The position numbers and the translations under genes were made by a program. The notes under the pieces were generated by a model. It saw only the letters and a program-made list of their open reading frames with translations. It did no database searches and was not told the DNA's origin. Below, piece by piece: positions 1 to 8,512 of a DNA stretch of 64,000 nucleotides (positions are counted from its first letter, which is position 1; every line of letters begins with the position of its first letter). This DNA is from an uncultured Holophagales bacterium (GTDB lineage Bacteria; Acidobacteriota; Thermoanaerobaculia; Multivoradales; UBA5704): assembly GCA_963842525.1 (NCBI GenBank), contig CAWJGT010000012.1:68809-132808 (forward strand). Reading direction: 5' to 3'.

Positions 1-1
1 G

Positions 2-1042
2 AAGACCGGCAAGATTCCAGGGCCGCGGATCGTGGCCTGCGGGCCGCAGGTGGACGGCCCCGGCCAGGCTCCCGGGCACGCCATTCCGGTCTCCAACGCG
101 GCCGAGGCACGGCAGGCCGTGCAGCGCCTGAAGGCGTTGGGCGCCGACTGCGTGAAGCCGCACGACCGCGTCCCGCGCGACGCGTACCTCGCCCTCGTGG
201 ACGAGGCGAAGCGGGCCGGCCTCCCCGTGATGGGCCACGTGCCCAACGAAGTCGCGCTGGAGGAGGCGTCGGATGCCGGCCAGCGCAGCATCGAGCACCT
301 GGGCGGCATCTTCGACGCCTGTTCCTCGGCCGCGGCCGAGATCGGGCGCATGAAGTCGCTTCCTCCTCCCGCGGACCCCTCGGAGTTCCCGCAGCGCATC
401 GCAGCCCGCGGCACGCTCGCCCTGGACACCTACAGCCCGGAGATCTGCGGCAGGCTCTTCGACCGCTTCGTCCGCAACGGCACCGCGCAGGTCCCGACCC
501 TTGCAACGACCTACGCCCGCACCTTCATCGACGACCTCAGCCGGCAGGACGATCCCCGCCTGCGCTACATCCCGAAGGAGCAGTGGGAGCGCTGGAAGCC
601 GGAGAACGATTTCTTCGCCCGCTTCCGCACTCCCGAGTACGTGGCCTATCAGAAGAGCTACTACGCCGAGACGCTGAAACTGGTCGGCGCCATGCACCGC
701 GCGGGCGTGCCCATCCTGGCGGGCACCGACCTCAGCCTCGCATACGTCTATCCCGGCTTCAGCCTGCACGACGAGCTGGCATTCCTCGTCGAAGCAGGTC
801 TCCCTCCCCTGGAAGCGCTGAAGGCCGCCACGATCGGTCCGGCGCGCCTCCTCGGCCTGGAGAGCACCCTCGGCACGATCGAAGCCGGCAAGACTGCCGA
901 CCTCCTGCTCCTCGATGCCGACCCCCTGGTCGACATCCGCAACACCCGACGCATCTCCGGCGTGGTCGTGAACGGCCGCTGGCTGGGACCGGACGATCTG
1001 AAGAATATGCTCGATCAGGTCGCGGCCGACGCGGCGCGCTAG
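2..1042 (+). CDS. Amidohydrolase family protein (5'-truncated by window edge)
   Basis: Metal-dependent hydrolase motifs MGHVP, SIEHL, AGTD and the C-terminal GTIEAGKTADLLLLDADPLVDIRN. Confidence 0.9.
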   Translation, partial: KTGKIPGPRIVACGPQVDGPGQAPGHAIPVSNAAEARQAVQRLKALGADCVKPHDRVPRDAYLALVDEAKRAGLPVMGHVPNEVALEEASDAGQRSIEHLGGIFDACSSAAAEIGRMKSLPPPADPSEFPQRIAARGTLALDTYSPEICGRLFDRFVRNGTAQVPTLATTYARTFIDDLSRQDDPRLRYIPKEQWERWKPENDFFARFRTPEYVAYQKSYYAETLKLVGAMHRAGVPILAGTDLSLAYVYPGFSLHDELAFLVEAGLPPLEALKAATIGPARLLGLESTLGTIEAGKTADLLLLDADPLVDIRNTRRISGVVVNGRWLGPDDLKNMLDQVAADAAR

Positions 1043-1113
1043 GGCGAGATCCCGGGTGACAGAGCGTATTACGCCGTCTCCGCCCCCCCGCGGATTCCGC
1101 TCAATCGATACGT

Positions 1114-1148
1114 AAAAGGGGGCCAAAGCTGGCCTTCGGCCCCGTTTT
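1114..1148. terminator. Probable bidirectional intrinsic terminator
   Basis: AAAA-GGGGGCC...GGCCCC-GTTTT hairpin between convergent genes. Confidence 0.6.
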
Positions 1149-1158
1149 CCGGAGAGCT

Positions 1159-1497
1159 CTAGATCGGCATCGGGCAGCCACGCTTGATCGGCGTCACGCA
1201 CATCCAGCAGCCACTGTCATCCCCCTCGGGCGGGTTGCCACACATGTAGCAACAGAGCTGGCCCGTCGGGCACTGATAGCTGCCGGCGCAGCCGGTCATG
1301 AAAGAGGGAGCGGGAACCAGATCGTTGGGAGTCTGGGCCTGCGTGCCCGACAGGGTCGCCAGGAACGCAGCCACGTCAGGCGCCGGGGTTGCCACGGGAT
1401 TCGAGGCAGGTACCTCCACCGGCGGCGTCTGGGCCATGGACTGCGCGAACGAGATGAGGGAAAGAAGGGCGAGAAGGAAAAGAACGGGCCTTTTCAT
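1159..1497 (-). CDS. Small secreted protein with Pro-rich linker and 8-Cys C-terminal domain
   Basis: Signal peptide MKRPVLFLLALLSLISFAQSMA, upstream GGAG, C-x5-C-x5-CC-x2-C...C-x2-C...C tail. Confidence 0.8.
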   Translation of the reverse strand: MKRPVLFLLALLSLISFAQSMAQTPPVEVPASNPVATPAPDVAAFLATLSGTQAQTPNDLVPAPSFMTGCAGSYQCPTGQLCCYMCGNPPEGDDSGCWMCVTPIKRGCPMPI

Positions 1498-1634
1498 AGG
1501 TTCATCTCCCAGGTTGACGGGACCGGCAGGAAACCGGCCGCCTCCAAAGGCAAAGGTGCACTGGCGTACCCGGACCGAGACCTTCCAGCGCTACGCCAGG
1601 AACAGCCTCCTGGCAGGAACCGCCGGCGTGCCGC

Positions 1635-1890
1635 TCACTCCTCTCCACTCAACATCTGCACGAACCGTTTCCGCAACTCCTTGTCGACGGCTGCGATGCG
1701 CGCCCGGAGGCGCCCTTCTCCCGCGGCGTCCTGGTCGGCCAGACGGCGCGGTCCAGCTCGGCCCTGTGGGATCCAGAGAAAGGGATCTCTTGGGGCTCGG
1801 AGGCGACGGGGTATCCCAGATCGCCTCGACGAGCTCGATCCGTTCGGATAGGCTGAGCTTGGCTGCCTCGGCAAGCAGGGACTGTTTCAT
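1635..1890 (-). CDS. Putative addiction module component (TIGR02574-like antitoxin), frameshifted
   Basis: KLSLSERIELVEAIWD, continuing in shifted frames as ...HRAELD/RRLAD..., typical of this family. Confidence 0.7.
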
Positions 1891-1957
1891 AGGGTCTCAG
1901 TGTATCTCAACTTTCAGGCTCTTGACTCGCCACTGACCTGCTATCATTTTCATCACA

Positions 1958-2464
1958 ATGCGCTCCAGATCCCTGGTTCTTGCGGCCTTCCTGCTCACCC
2001 TCTGCCTCGCGGCTCTTGCCAGACCAACCGTTGCTGATGACCGGCCCGACGACAGCGCGGACGAGTCAGGGCCACACTTCACGCGCGCCCGTGAGCTGTA
2101 CGCGCTTGGACCGACCAAAGCCGAAGAGATTATCGCGGAGCTTGACTTGGAGTTGCGCGAGCACCCGGAAAACGTCAAGGCCTTTTTGCTCAAGGCGACG
2201 ACGCAGATGGGAATTGCGCGATTCGATGCCGCACTGGCGACGCTCGACCAGCTTTCCGACGTTGCGTCCAAGACAAAGACCATCTATCCCAATGCCGTGC
2301 TGCTTCGTGCGCGGTGTCATTTCTACAAGGGCGATTATGAGACGGCGAAGCGGACGCTTGAGCCATTCTGGGCGTTCTTTCAGGATGACGCCGAGATCAA
2401 ACCGCTCTACGACAGCCTCATGGCCGCTATCACGGAAAAGCTGCAAAAGCCGAAAGAAGAGTGA
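1958..2464 (+). CDS. Secreted tetratricopeptide repeat protein
   Basis: Signal peptide followed by TPR-like helices (ENVKAFLLKATTQMG; ARCHFYKGDYETAK). Confidence 0.75.
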   Translation: MRSRSLVLAAFLLTLCLAALARPTVADDRPDDSADESGPHFTRARELYALGPTKAEEIIAELDLELREHPENVKAFLLKATTQMGIARFDAALATLDQLSDVASKTKTIYPNAVLLRARCHFYKGDYETAKRTLEPFWAFFQDDAEIKPLYDSLMAAITEKLQKPKEE

Positions 2465-2681
2465 GGCGGACCGGCTGTGGCCTCTGGAAGGACGTCGCAG
2501 CTGCTGCTGCACGTGATCCCGGGGGTGCTGGTCCTCACAACCCTGGCCAAGGCCTGGGGGCCGCTGAGCCGGACCTGAGCCGCTGGCACGATCCGGAGAC
2601 CGACCGGAGGTACTCTCTTGACGATCGGGTGTTCTGCCTGCCAGAGTCAAGCGTCTCTAAAAGCGCTCGGACAGGTGGAAA

Positions 2682-2985
2682 ATGGGCTCGACGAAAAAGA
2701 GGCTTGGGAAGGTTCGCTTCTATATCGATCCGGAGACGGAAGAGCCACATATCTACGAGCATGGGGTCACCGAGGAGGAAGTCGAGGAGGTTCTACGCGA
2801 GCCAGGCGACGACTTCCCGGCGAGGAACAACTCTCGGATTGCTCTGGGCTCGACGAACTCCGGCCGGCACCTCCAGGTCGTGTACGTCCCTGACTCCGAC
2901 GCTCATGACGTTTTCGTGGTGACGGCGTATGATCTGAGAGACAAGGCCCTTACGGTCCTTCCGCCGTCGGAGGAGGCGCAGATGA
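2682..2985 (+). CDS. BrnT/DUF4258-like ribonuclease toxin (apparent 1-nt frameshift near 2957)
   Basis: HIYEHGVTEEEVEEVL...ALGSTNSGRHLQVVY...FVVTAYDL. The shifted frame ends FRRRRRRR* at TGA 2983-2985, overlapping the next ATG. Confidence 0.75.
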
Positions 2986-3224
2986 AGGCAAACAAATTCC
3001 CTTCCGGCTGGGACGAGCAGCGTGTCCGGGAACTCATCGAGCACTACGATGGCCAGACGAACAAGGAGGCTGCCGCCGAGCACGAGGCCGCCTTGTCGAG
3101 CCCGGCTGGGACGCTCATGGAGATCCCCACGGAGCTGGTGCCTCTCGTACGAGACCTCATCGCCCGTCACGATAGGAAACGAGAAACCCGGAAGACGACC
3201 CGCGTACCGTCAAGCTCAAGGTGA
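2982..3224 (+). CDS. Putative antitoxin partner of the BrnT-like toxin
   Basis: AGGAGG RBS at 2971, ATGA overlap, sequence MKANKFPSGWDEQRVRELIEHY...LMEIPTELVPLVRDLIA. Confidence 0.7.
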   Translation: MKANKFPSGWDEQRVRELIEHYDGQTNKEAAAEHEAALSSPAGTLMEIPTELVPLVRDLIARHDRKRETRKTTRVPSSSR

Positions 3225-3251
3225 CACGCTAGACGCCGAAGCTGCGCATCC

Positions 3252-3290
3252 AAGAAAAGGGCCCGTCATCCTGACGGGCCCTTTCTCTTT
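3252..3290. terminator. Bidirectional rho-independent terminator
   Basis: AAAAGGGCCCGTCA-tcc-TGACGGGCCCTTTCTCTTT between convergent genes. Confidence 0.85.
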
Positions 3291-3305
3291 GGAAGCGATA
3301 GAGCG

Positions 3306-5915
3306 TCAGAACGCCGACGTGTCCGCCAGGTTCGCCAGGCTGCCCGGCAGATTGTGGTAGGTCTTGACCTTGCCGGTCTGGGTGTCGGTCACCTTCACCC
3401 AGGACTCCACGTCCGACAGCGACCCGTAGAAGACCCAGAACTTGCCGTTCAGGGGTCTGCCGTCGAGCACCTTGACCACCAGCTCGACGTTCTCCGCGTC
3501 GAAGAACCAGAAGTAGCCGGTGCTGCCGAGGCCGGGCACCGCGCCGCCTGCACCGGTCGCGCCGCCGTTCTTCCAGGTCACCTCGACCAGGAAGCGGCCG
3601 GCCAAGCAGAGGGCGTTCGGCCCGGCCACACAGGCGGACGGCGACTGCGCCGGACCCGTTTCGGCCACCGGGGCCGCCGGGGAGGGGTTCAAGGTCCGGA
3701 CCTCGCGGATCGGAGCAGGGGACGGCTGGGTCGGCAATGTGTCGGTGAAGGCCGACGTGTCCGCCATGCCGCGCACGTCGCCCGCCCGGTTGTGGTAGAT
3801 GCGGGCCACGCCGTTCTGGGTGTCGGTGACCTTGACCCAGAATTCGAGGTCGGTCAGCGACGAGAAGAAGACCCAGAACCGCTGGTTGAGCGGCCTGCCG
3901 TCGAGCACCTTGAGGATCAGCTCGGTGTTGCCTGGATCGAAGAACCAGGCCGTGGCGGTCTTGTCCGAGCTGCGCACCAGGGTCCCCCGGCCGGTCGTCC
4001 CGTTGCCTTGGCGCCAGTCGATCTCGACCCGGAACCGGCTGCCCAGCAGGCAGAGGGACGGGCCGTCCTCGCCGCAGATCGAGGCGGGAGAGGAAGCCGG
4101 CGTGGTCAAGGCCGCCGGGTTGCTGTAGGCGGAGAAGCCCGCCGCGCCGGCAGCACGCACCCGGAAGGTGTAGGCGGCCCCCGGCGTCAGGCCGGAGACG
4201 AGCGTGCCCAGGGCGTTCGCCGGCTCCGTGCCCACCTCCTGGAACGCGCCGCCGCCGGTGGAGCGTTCGATCCGGAAGCCGGTCTCCCCCTGCGCAGCGT
4301 CGCGCCAGGAGAGGTACGCCTCCGTGCCCGAGTGGGCGACGGCCACCAGGCTCGTGGGCGCGGCAAGCGGAGGCGTCGCCGGGATCTTGATCGACGCTGC
4401 ATTGCTGTAGCCGGAGGCCCCATCGCCGTTCACCGCGCGCACCCGGAAGGCGTAGGTAGTCCCGGCCTGCAGGCCGCCCACGGTCGCCGTGGCGGTCCCC
4501 GCCGGCAGGCTCAGGATCTCGCGGAACCTGCCGCTGTTGATCTTGCGCTCGACGCGAAAGCCGGTCTCGTCGTCGGAGGTGTCCGTCCAGGTGAGCACGG
4601 CCGAGGTGCCCGCTTCGACCCGGGCAGCCAGCCCGGTGGGCGCCGACGGCCCCCCCGCTGGAGGAGGCGGAGGAGGCTCCTGGCCGTCGGAGGGATAGAG
4701 CGAGGCGATCGCGTCCTTGTCGTCCCGGCTCAGCCGCGCGCCGCGCCCGTCGCCTTTGGCGAAGGCAAACATCAGAGCGTCCCCGTCCTGCGAGTGGCCG
4801 AGCCCCAGGGTGTGCCCGAGCTCGTGGGCGAAGACCTCTTCCGCCGACCCTGCCCTTCTCGTGAAGAAGCAGTCGGTGCCGTCGTTGGTGATGATGTCGC
4901 CCTCGACGGCCCGGTGGACCTCCTGGCCATTCCATGTGACGGTGTTCCGCTGGAAACGGGGGCCGCCGATCGCGATGACTCCGCCGCCCGGGCAGGCGAA
5001 CGACTCCTCGACCTGCCCGTTCGGATCGTCGAAGAGGATCGCGTTGGTCCTGTCGCTGCTGCCGGTACCCGTGGAGGACTCCGTGGTGCCCGCGTAGCTG
5101 TAGCGGACGCTCGAGCCCGCATCGCCGTTCCACGCCTGGATCGCCGTCCTGAAGGCCGCGATGGTGGCGTCGAGCCCGAGGCCGCTCTGCCCGGCGGAAT
5201 GGACCCGCCACGGCTCGGACCGCCCCTCGTCGAAGGTGAACCAGCGGACCGGTTTGCCGTCGTCCCCGGTGATGTAGCTGAAGGGCTGGACCGCCTGTCC
5301 CATCCCATCGCTCCCATCGCCCACCTGGCCGGTCACGACATAGTCGCGCGCCCGCACGATGCCCTCGGCGCGGTCGGCGAGCCAGCCGGTGAACCGTTCG
5401 AAGTCGCGCGGCTCATCTTTCCCCGGCACGATCCCGGTGGCGGTCACCTCGTGCGTCTCGGAGAGATCGCGCAGGACGACGCTCCGGCCGGCCAGGGTCC
5501 GCCGATGAAACGCGCCGAGCATCAGATGGAGGATGCGGTAGGTGCCGTCGCCGGCCGGATTCAGGAAGAGCAGAGCCCGCTCGCCCGGGGCGAATTCGGG
5601 AGCGCCCCAGATCTTGAGGTCGAGGCCGTCGAGCCCCATCCCTCCGGGCACGCGCACCACGACGGTGCTGCCCGGGAGATGACCCTTGAGCACGCGCTCC
5701 ACCTCGACGACGTAATCGGTGACCGGGTTGCCGTTCGCGCCGCCGGCCGAGCTCTCGACCTGCGTCACACGGACATCGACGATCGCCTTCGCCTGGTCGG
5801 CGAGGAGCGGGTCGTGGACCATCTGGTAGGTGGTGGCTGCCGCGGGCAGAGCGGCCCAGAGGGAGAGCAGGGCGATGAGAGCGAGGGGGGGCGAAAACCG
5901 GATCGTGAGCTTCAT
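3306..5915 (-). CDS. Secreted matrixin-like (M10) zinc metalloprotease with two fibronectin type III domains and a duplicated C-terminal domain
   Basis: Signal peptide, HELGHTLGLGH plus Met-turn (ALM), two FN3 repeats (LTWTD..DETGFRVER), two copies of CL..RF.VE..W...WFFD..N.EL..KVLDGRPLN..FWVF..SL.D. Confidence 0.9.
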   Translation of the reverse strand: MKLTIRFSPPLALIALLSLWAALPAAATTYQMVHDPLLADQAKAIVDVRVTQVESSAGGANGNPVTDYVVEVERVLKGHLPGSTVVVRVPGGMGLDGLDLKIWGAPEFAPGERALLFLNPAGDGTYRILHLMLGAFHRRTLAGRSVVLRDLSETHEVTATGIVPGKDEPRDFERFTGWLADRAEGIVRARDYVVTGQVGDGSDGMGQAVQPFSYITGDDGKPVRWFTFDEGRSEPWRVHSAGQSGLGLDATIAAFRTAIQAWNGDAGSSVRYSYAGTTESSTGTGSSDRTNAILFDDPNGQVEESFACPGGGVIAIGGPRFQRNTVTWNGQEVHRAVEGDIITNDGTDCFFTRRAGSAEEVFAHELGHTLGLGHSQDGDALMFAFAKGDGRGARLSRDDKDAIASLYPSDGQEPPPPPPAGGPSAPTGLAARVEAGTSAVLTWTDTSDDETGFRVERKINSGRFREILSLPAGTATATVGGLQAGTTYAFRVRAVNGDGASGYSNAASIKIPATPPLAAPTSLVAVAHSGTEAYLSWRDAAQGETGFRIERSTGGGAFQEVGTEPANALGTLVSGLTPGAAYTFRVRAAGAAGFSAYSNPAALTTPASSPASICGEDGPSLCLLGSRFRVEIDWRQGNGTTGRGTLVRSSDKTATAWFFDPGNTELILKVLDGRPLNQRFWVFFSSLTDLEFWVKVTDTQNGVARIYHNRAGDVRGMADTSAFTDTLPTQPSPAPIREVRTLNPSPAAPVAETGPAQSPSACVAGPNALCLAGRFLVEVTWKNGGATGAGGAVPGLGSTGYFWFFDAENVELVVKVLDGRPLNGKFWVFYGSLSDVESWVKVTDTQTGKVKTYHNLPGSLANLADTSAF

Positions 5916-6009
5916 CAGGCCTCCTGCTGGCGATTCGTGGGTCGCTCAGGTGAGAACAGGCGGCAGGAGGGGGTTATTTCGAGATGGGAATGTCCTCGCC
6001 GGAAGGGTT

Positions 6010-6372
6010 TCACTCCGACTCGGAGCCCTTGCTCGCGGTGGAGGCGGCCTCTTTCTTGGTGTCCGACTTGGATTCGGTCTTGGATTCGGTCTTGGTGTCC
6101 GATTTGGATTCCGACTTGGATTCCGCAGCTCCCTCGCCCTTTTCGCTCTTTTCGCTCTTCTCGTCCTTGTCGGACTTTTCGTGCTTCCCACCCTTGGCGG
6201 CGTAGTCGGTCGCGTACCAGCCGGTCCCCTTGAACTGGAACGCCGGGGCCGAGAACATCTTCTTGACCTCGCCGCCGCAGGCGGGGCAGGCGGCGAGCGG
6301 CGGATCATCCATGCGCTGGATAAGCTCCGTCCTTTTGCCGCAACTGCGGCACTCGTACTCGTAGATCGGCAT
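6010..6372 (-). CDS. FmdB family zinc-ribbon protein with low-complexity K/S/E tail
   Basis: MPIYEYECRSCG...CPACGG...FQFKGTGWYATDY. Confidence 0.9.
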   Translation of the reverse strand: MPIYEYECRSCGKRTELIQRMDDPPLAACPACGGEVKKMFSAPAFQFKGTGWYATDYAAKGGKHEKSDKDEKSEKSEKGEGAAESKSESKSDTKTESKTESKSDTKKEAASTASKGSESE

Positions 6373-6382
6373 GCACTGGCTC

Positions 6383-7198
6383 CTAGCTGTACTTGTCGCC
6401 CTGGGTCTTGAACCGGATCTTGATGGCGCCGGTCCCCGTCTCCTCGCGCGGCCGTTCGACCTCAGGCGATCCGACGGCGACGCCGCGGACGAGCTGGAGC
6501 ACCTGGAAGGCGTACATCAGCTTGCCGTTCTCGGCCGCGCCGTGGGGCCCCTGGGTGCAGACGTCGAAGAGCGTCCGCCGGCCGTCGACGAGCTGGAGGA
6601 GGCGAAACTCGTCGCCGTCGAGCGCCAGCTCGACCAGGTCCTCCACCCGATAACAAGGTTCGAAGACCGTCTCTTTCCGCCCGAGCCGCGCGACCAGGGC
6701 CTTGGCGTTGGGCGCCCGCTTGATCCCCTGCAGGATCACCTGGGGCATGGGGAGCTGGATCTTGACGGCGTCCGACTCCCGGAAGTCGCCGATGCTGAAG
6801 ACGACGCCGCCGTCCTGCCAGTAGAAGAGGCTCCAGACGATGGCCTCGATCTGCTGGCGGATGGCGCGGTAGATCTCGGCGGGCGAGAGGACGCCCTGCT
6901 CGATGAGGATCTGTCCGTAGCGTTTGTTGAGCCGCTCGCGCTCCGCCATGGTGTGGGCGAAGACCTCGGGCGAGATGGTGCCGCTGCGCTGCAGCCAGTG
7001 GCCCAGGCTGTCGTCCCGGTCGGAGGACGAGGCGTGGACCACATTGCCCTCTTTGATGTAGACCCGCTTGACGACGCCTTCGCGGGCGGCCTCGATGACT
7101 CCCGGCACCTGGAAGCGGTCGATCGTATAGAGGATTTCCGGCAGCGCCGTGTGCGCCAGATCGCCGCGATACTGGAATGTGCTCTCTACGGTCGCCAA
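6383..7198 (-). CDS. DUF4388 (PATAN-like) domain protein
   Basis: TTG start after GGAGGAGAGG; YRGDLAHTALPEILYTI...KRVYIKEGNVVHASS...LFYWQDG. Confidence 0.8.
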   Translation of the reverse strand: MATVESTFQYRGDLAHTALPEILYTIDRFQVPGVIEAAREGVVKRVYIKEGNVVHASSSDRDDSLGHWLQRSGTISPEVFAHTMAERERLNKRYGQILIEQGVLSPAEIYRAIRQQIEAIVWSLFYWQDGGVVFSIGDFRESDAVKIQLPMPQVILQGIKRAPNAKALVARLGRKETVFEPCYRVEDLVELALDGDEFRLLQLVDGRRTLFDVCTQGPHGAAENGKLMYAFQVLQLVRGVAVGSPEVERPREETGTGAIKIRFKTQGDKYS

Positions 7199-7273
7199 AG
7201 GGCACCTCTCCTCCCGTACCCGGAGGGATCGAGCGGACTGGACGAAAAGCGCGGCGAGTATACCATCTTGCCC

Positions 7274-8512
7274 ATGTTGCACCCTGACGAAGCCTGGCAA
7301 CGCATCGCCGAGCACTGCGCGCCGCTCCCCGCGGAGACCGTTCCCCGGCGGGACGCGGCGGGCCGTGTGCTCGCAGACACCCTCCACGCCACGGTCGACG
7401 TGCCGGCCCACGACGTCTCGGCCATGGACGGTTTTGCCCTCGCCGGCCCGGTGCCGCCCGGCGAGCCGCGGCAGGTGACAGCCATGATCGCGGCGGGCGA
7501 TCCGCCCGGTTTCGAGCTGGTTTCCCCGGACATCGTCCGCATCATGACCGGCGCGCCCATTCCACGCGGAGCGGACCGGGTGATTCCGGTCGAGGCGAGC
7601 AATGTCCGCAGCGAGCGCGGCGGGCGCGGCGGGAGCCGGACAACGGTGACCTTCCGCGCCGAGGCCGGCCCGGGGGACCACATCCGCCGCCGCGGCGAGG
7701 TGGTGCGCGCGGGAGAGCCGCTCCTGCCGGCCGGCGCGCTCGTGACCCCCGGCGCCCTCGCGCTGCTCGCCACCCACGGCTTCACCGTCCTGCCGGTGCA
7801 CCGCGTGCCTACCGTGGCCGTGCTGACTACCGGCGACGAGGTCGTCCCGCCGGAGGCCGAGCCCGCGCCCGGCCAGCTCCGCGACTCCCACACCGACTTC
7901 CTGCTCGCCGCCGGCGCCTCCCTCGGGCTGCGCTTCGAGCCGCTGGGCATCGCGCCGGACCGCGTGGACGAGCTGAAGCGCCGTGTCGCGGAGGGGCTGC
8001 GCTCCGACGTCCTGCTCCTCTGCGGCGGGGTGTCGATGGGCGAGCTGGACCTCACCGAAGGGGTTCTGGCCTCCTTTGGCTGCCAGGCGCACTTCGATGC
8101 AGTCTCCATGCAGCCCGGCAAGCCCCTGGTCTTCGCCACCCGGCCGTCCGATGCGGGGGCCGGGATCGTCTTCGGCCTGCCGGGCAACCCGGCCTCGGTG
8201 ATGGTGAGCTTCTGGCTCTTCGTCCGCCCCGCCCTGCGGCGCCTGCTGGGATTCGCGGACGGCTGGTGGCAGGGAGCGCTCGCGGGCACCCTGGCCGCTC
8301 CCCTGCCGGGCGCCGGGGGACGCGACCGCTTCCTGTCCGCCGGCGTCGAGGCCCGCGACGGCATCCTGCGGGTGACCCCCTATCCGTCGAAAGGCTCTCA
8401 CGACCTCGCCGCCTACGCCCGCGGCACCGCGCTCGTGCGGGTGCGGGCCGGCTCCGCTCCCGCCTCCGTGGGGACCTCCTGCGAGGTGCTGCCGATCGGC
8501 CCGCTGGCATGA
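7274..8512 (+). CDS. moeA: Molybdopterin molybdotransferase
   Basis: SAMDGFA, IMTGAPIP, TTGDE, GGVSMG, PGKP and GLPGNP motifs. Confidence 0.95.
   Translation: MLHPDEAWQRIAEHCAPLPAETVPRRDAAGRVLADTLHATVDVPAHDVSAMDGFALAGPVPPGEPRQVTAMIAAGDPPGFELVSPDIVRIMTGAPIPRGADRVIPVEASNVRSERGGRGGSRTTVTFRAEAGPGDHIRRRGEVVRAGEPLLPAGALVTPGALALLATHGFTVLPVHRVPTVAVLTTGDEVVPPEAEPAPGQLRDSHTDFLLAAGASLGLRFEPLGIAPDRVDELKRRVAEGLRSDVLLLCGGVSMGELDLTEGVLASFGCQAHFDAVSMQPGKPLVFATRPSDAGAGIVFGLPGNPASVMVSFWLFVRPALRRLLGFADGWWQGALAGTLAAPLPGAGGRDRFLSAGVEARDGILRVTPYPSKGSHDLAAYARGTALVRVRAGSAPASVGTSCEVLPIGPLA

Noticed and set aside
6050-6130. 12-nt tandem repeats (GTCTTGGATTCG-like)
   Set aside because: Explained by the ESKT/ESKS low-complexity tail of the FmdB protein.
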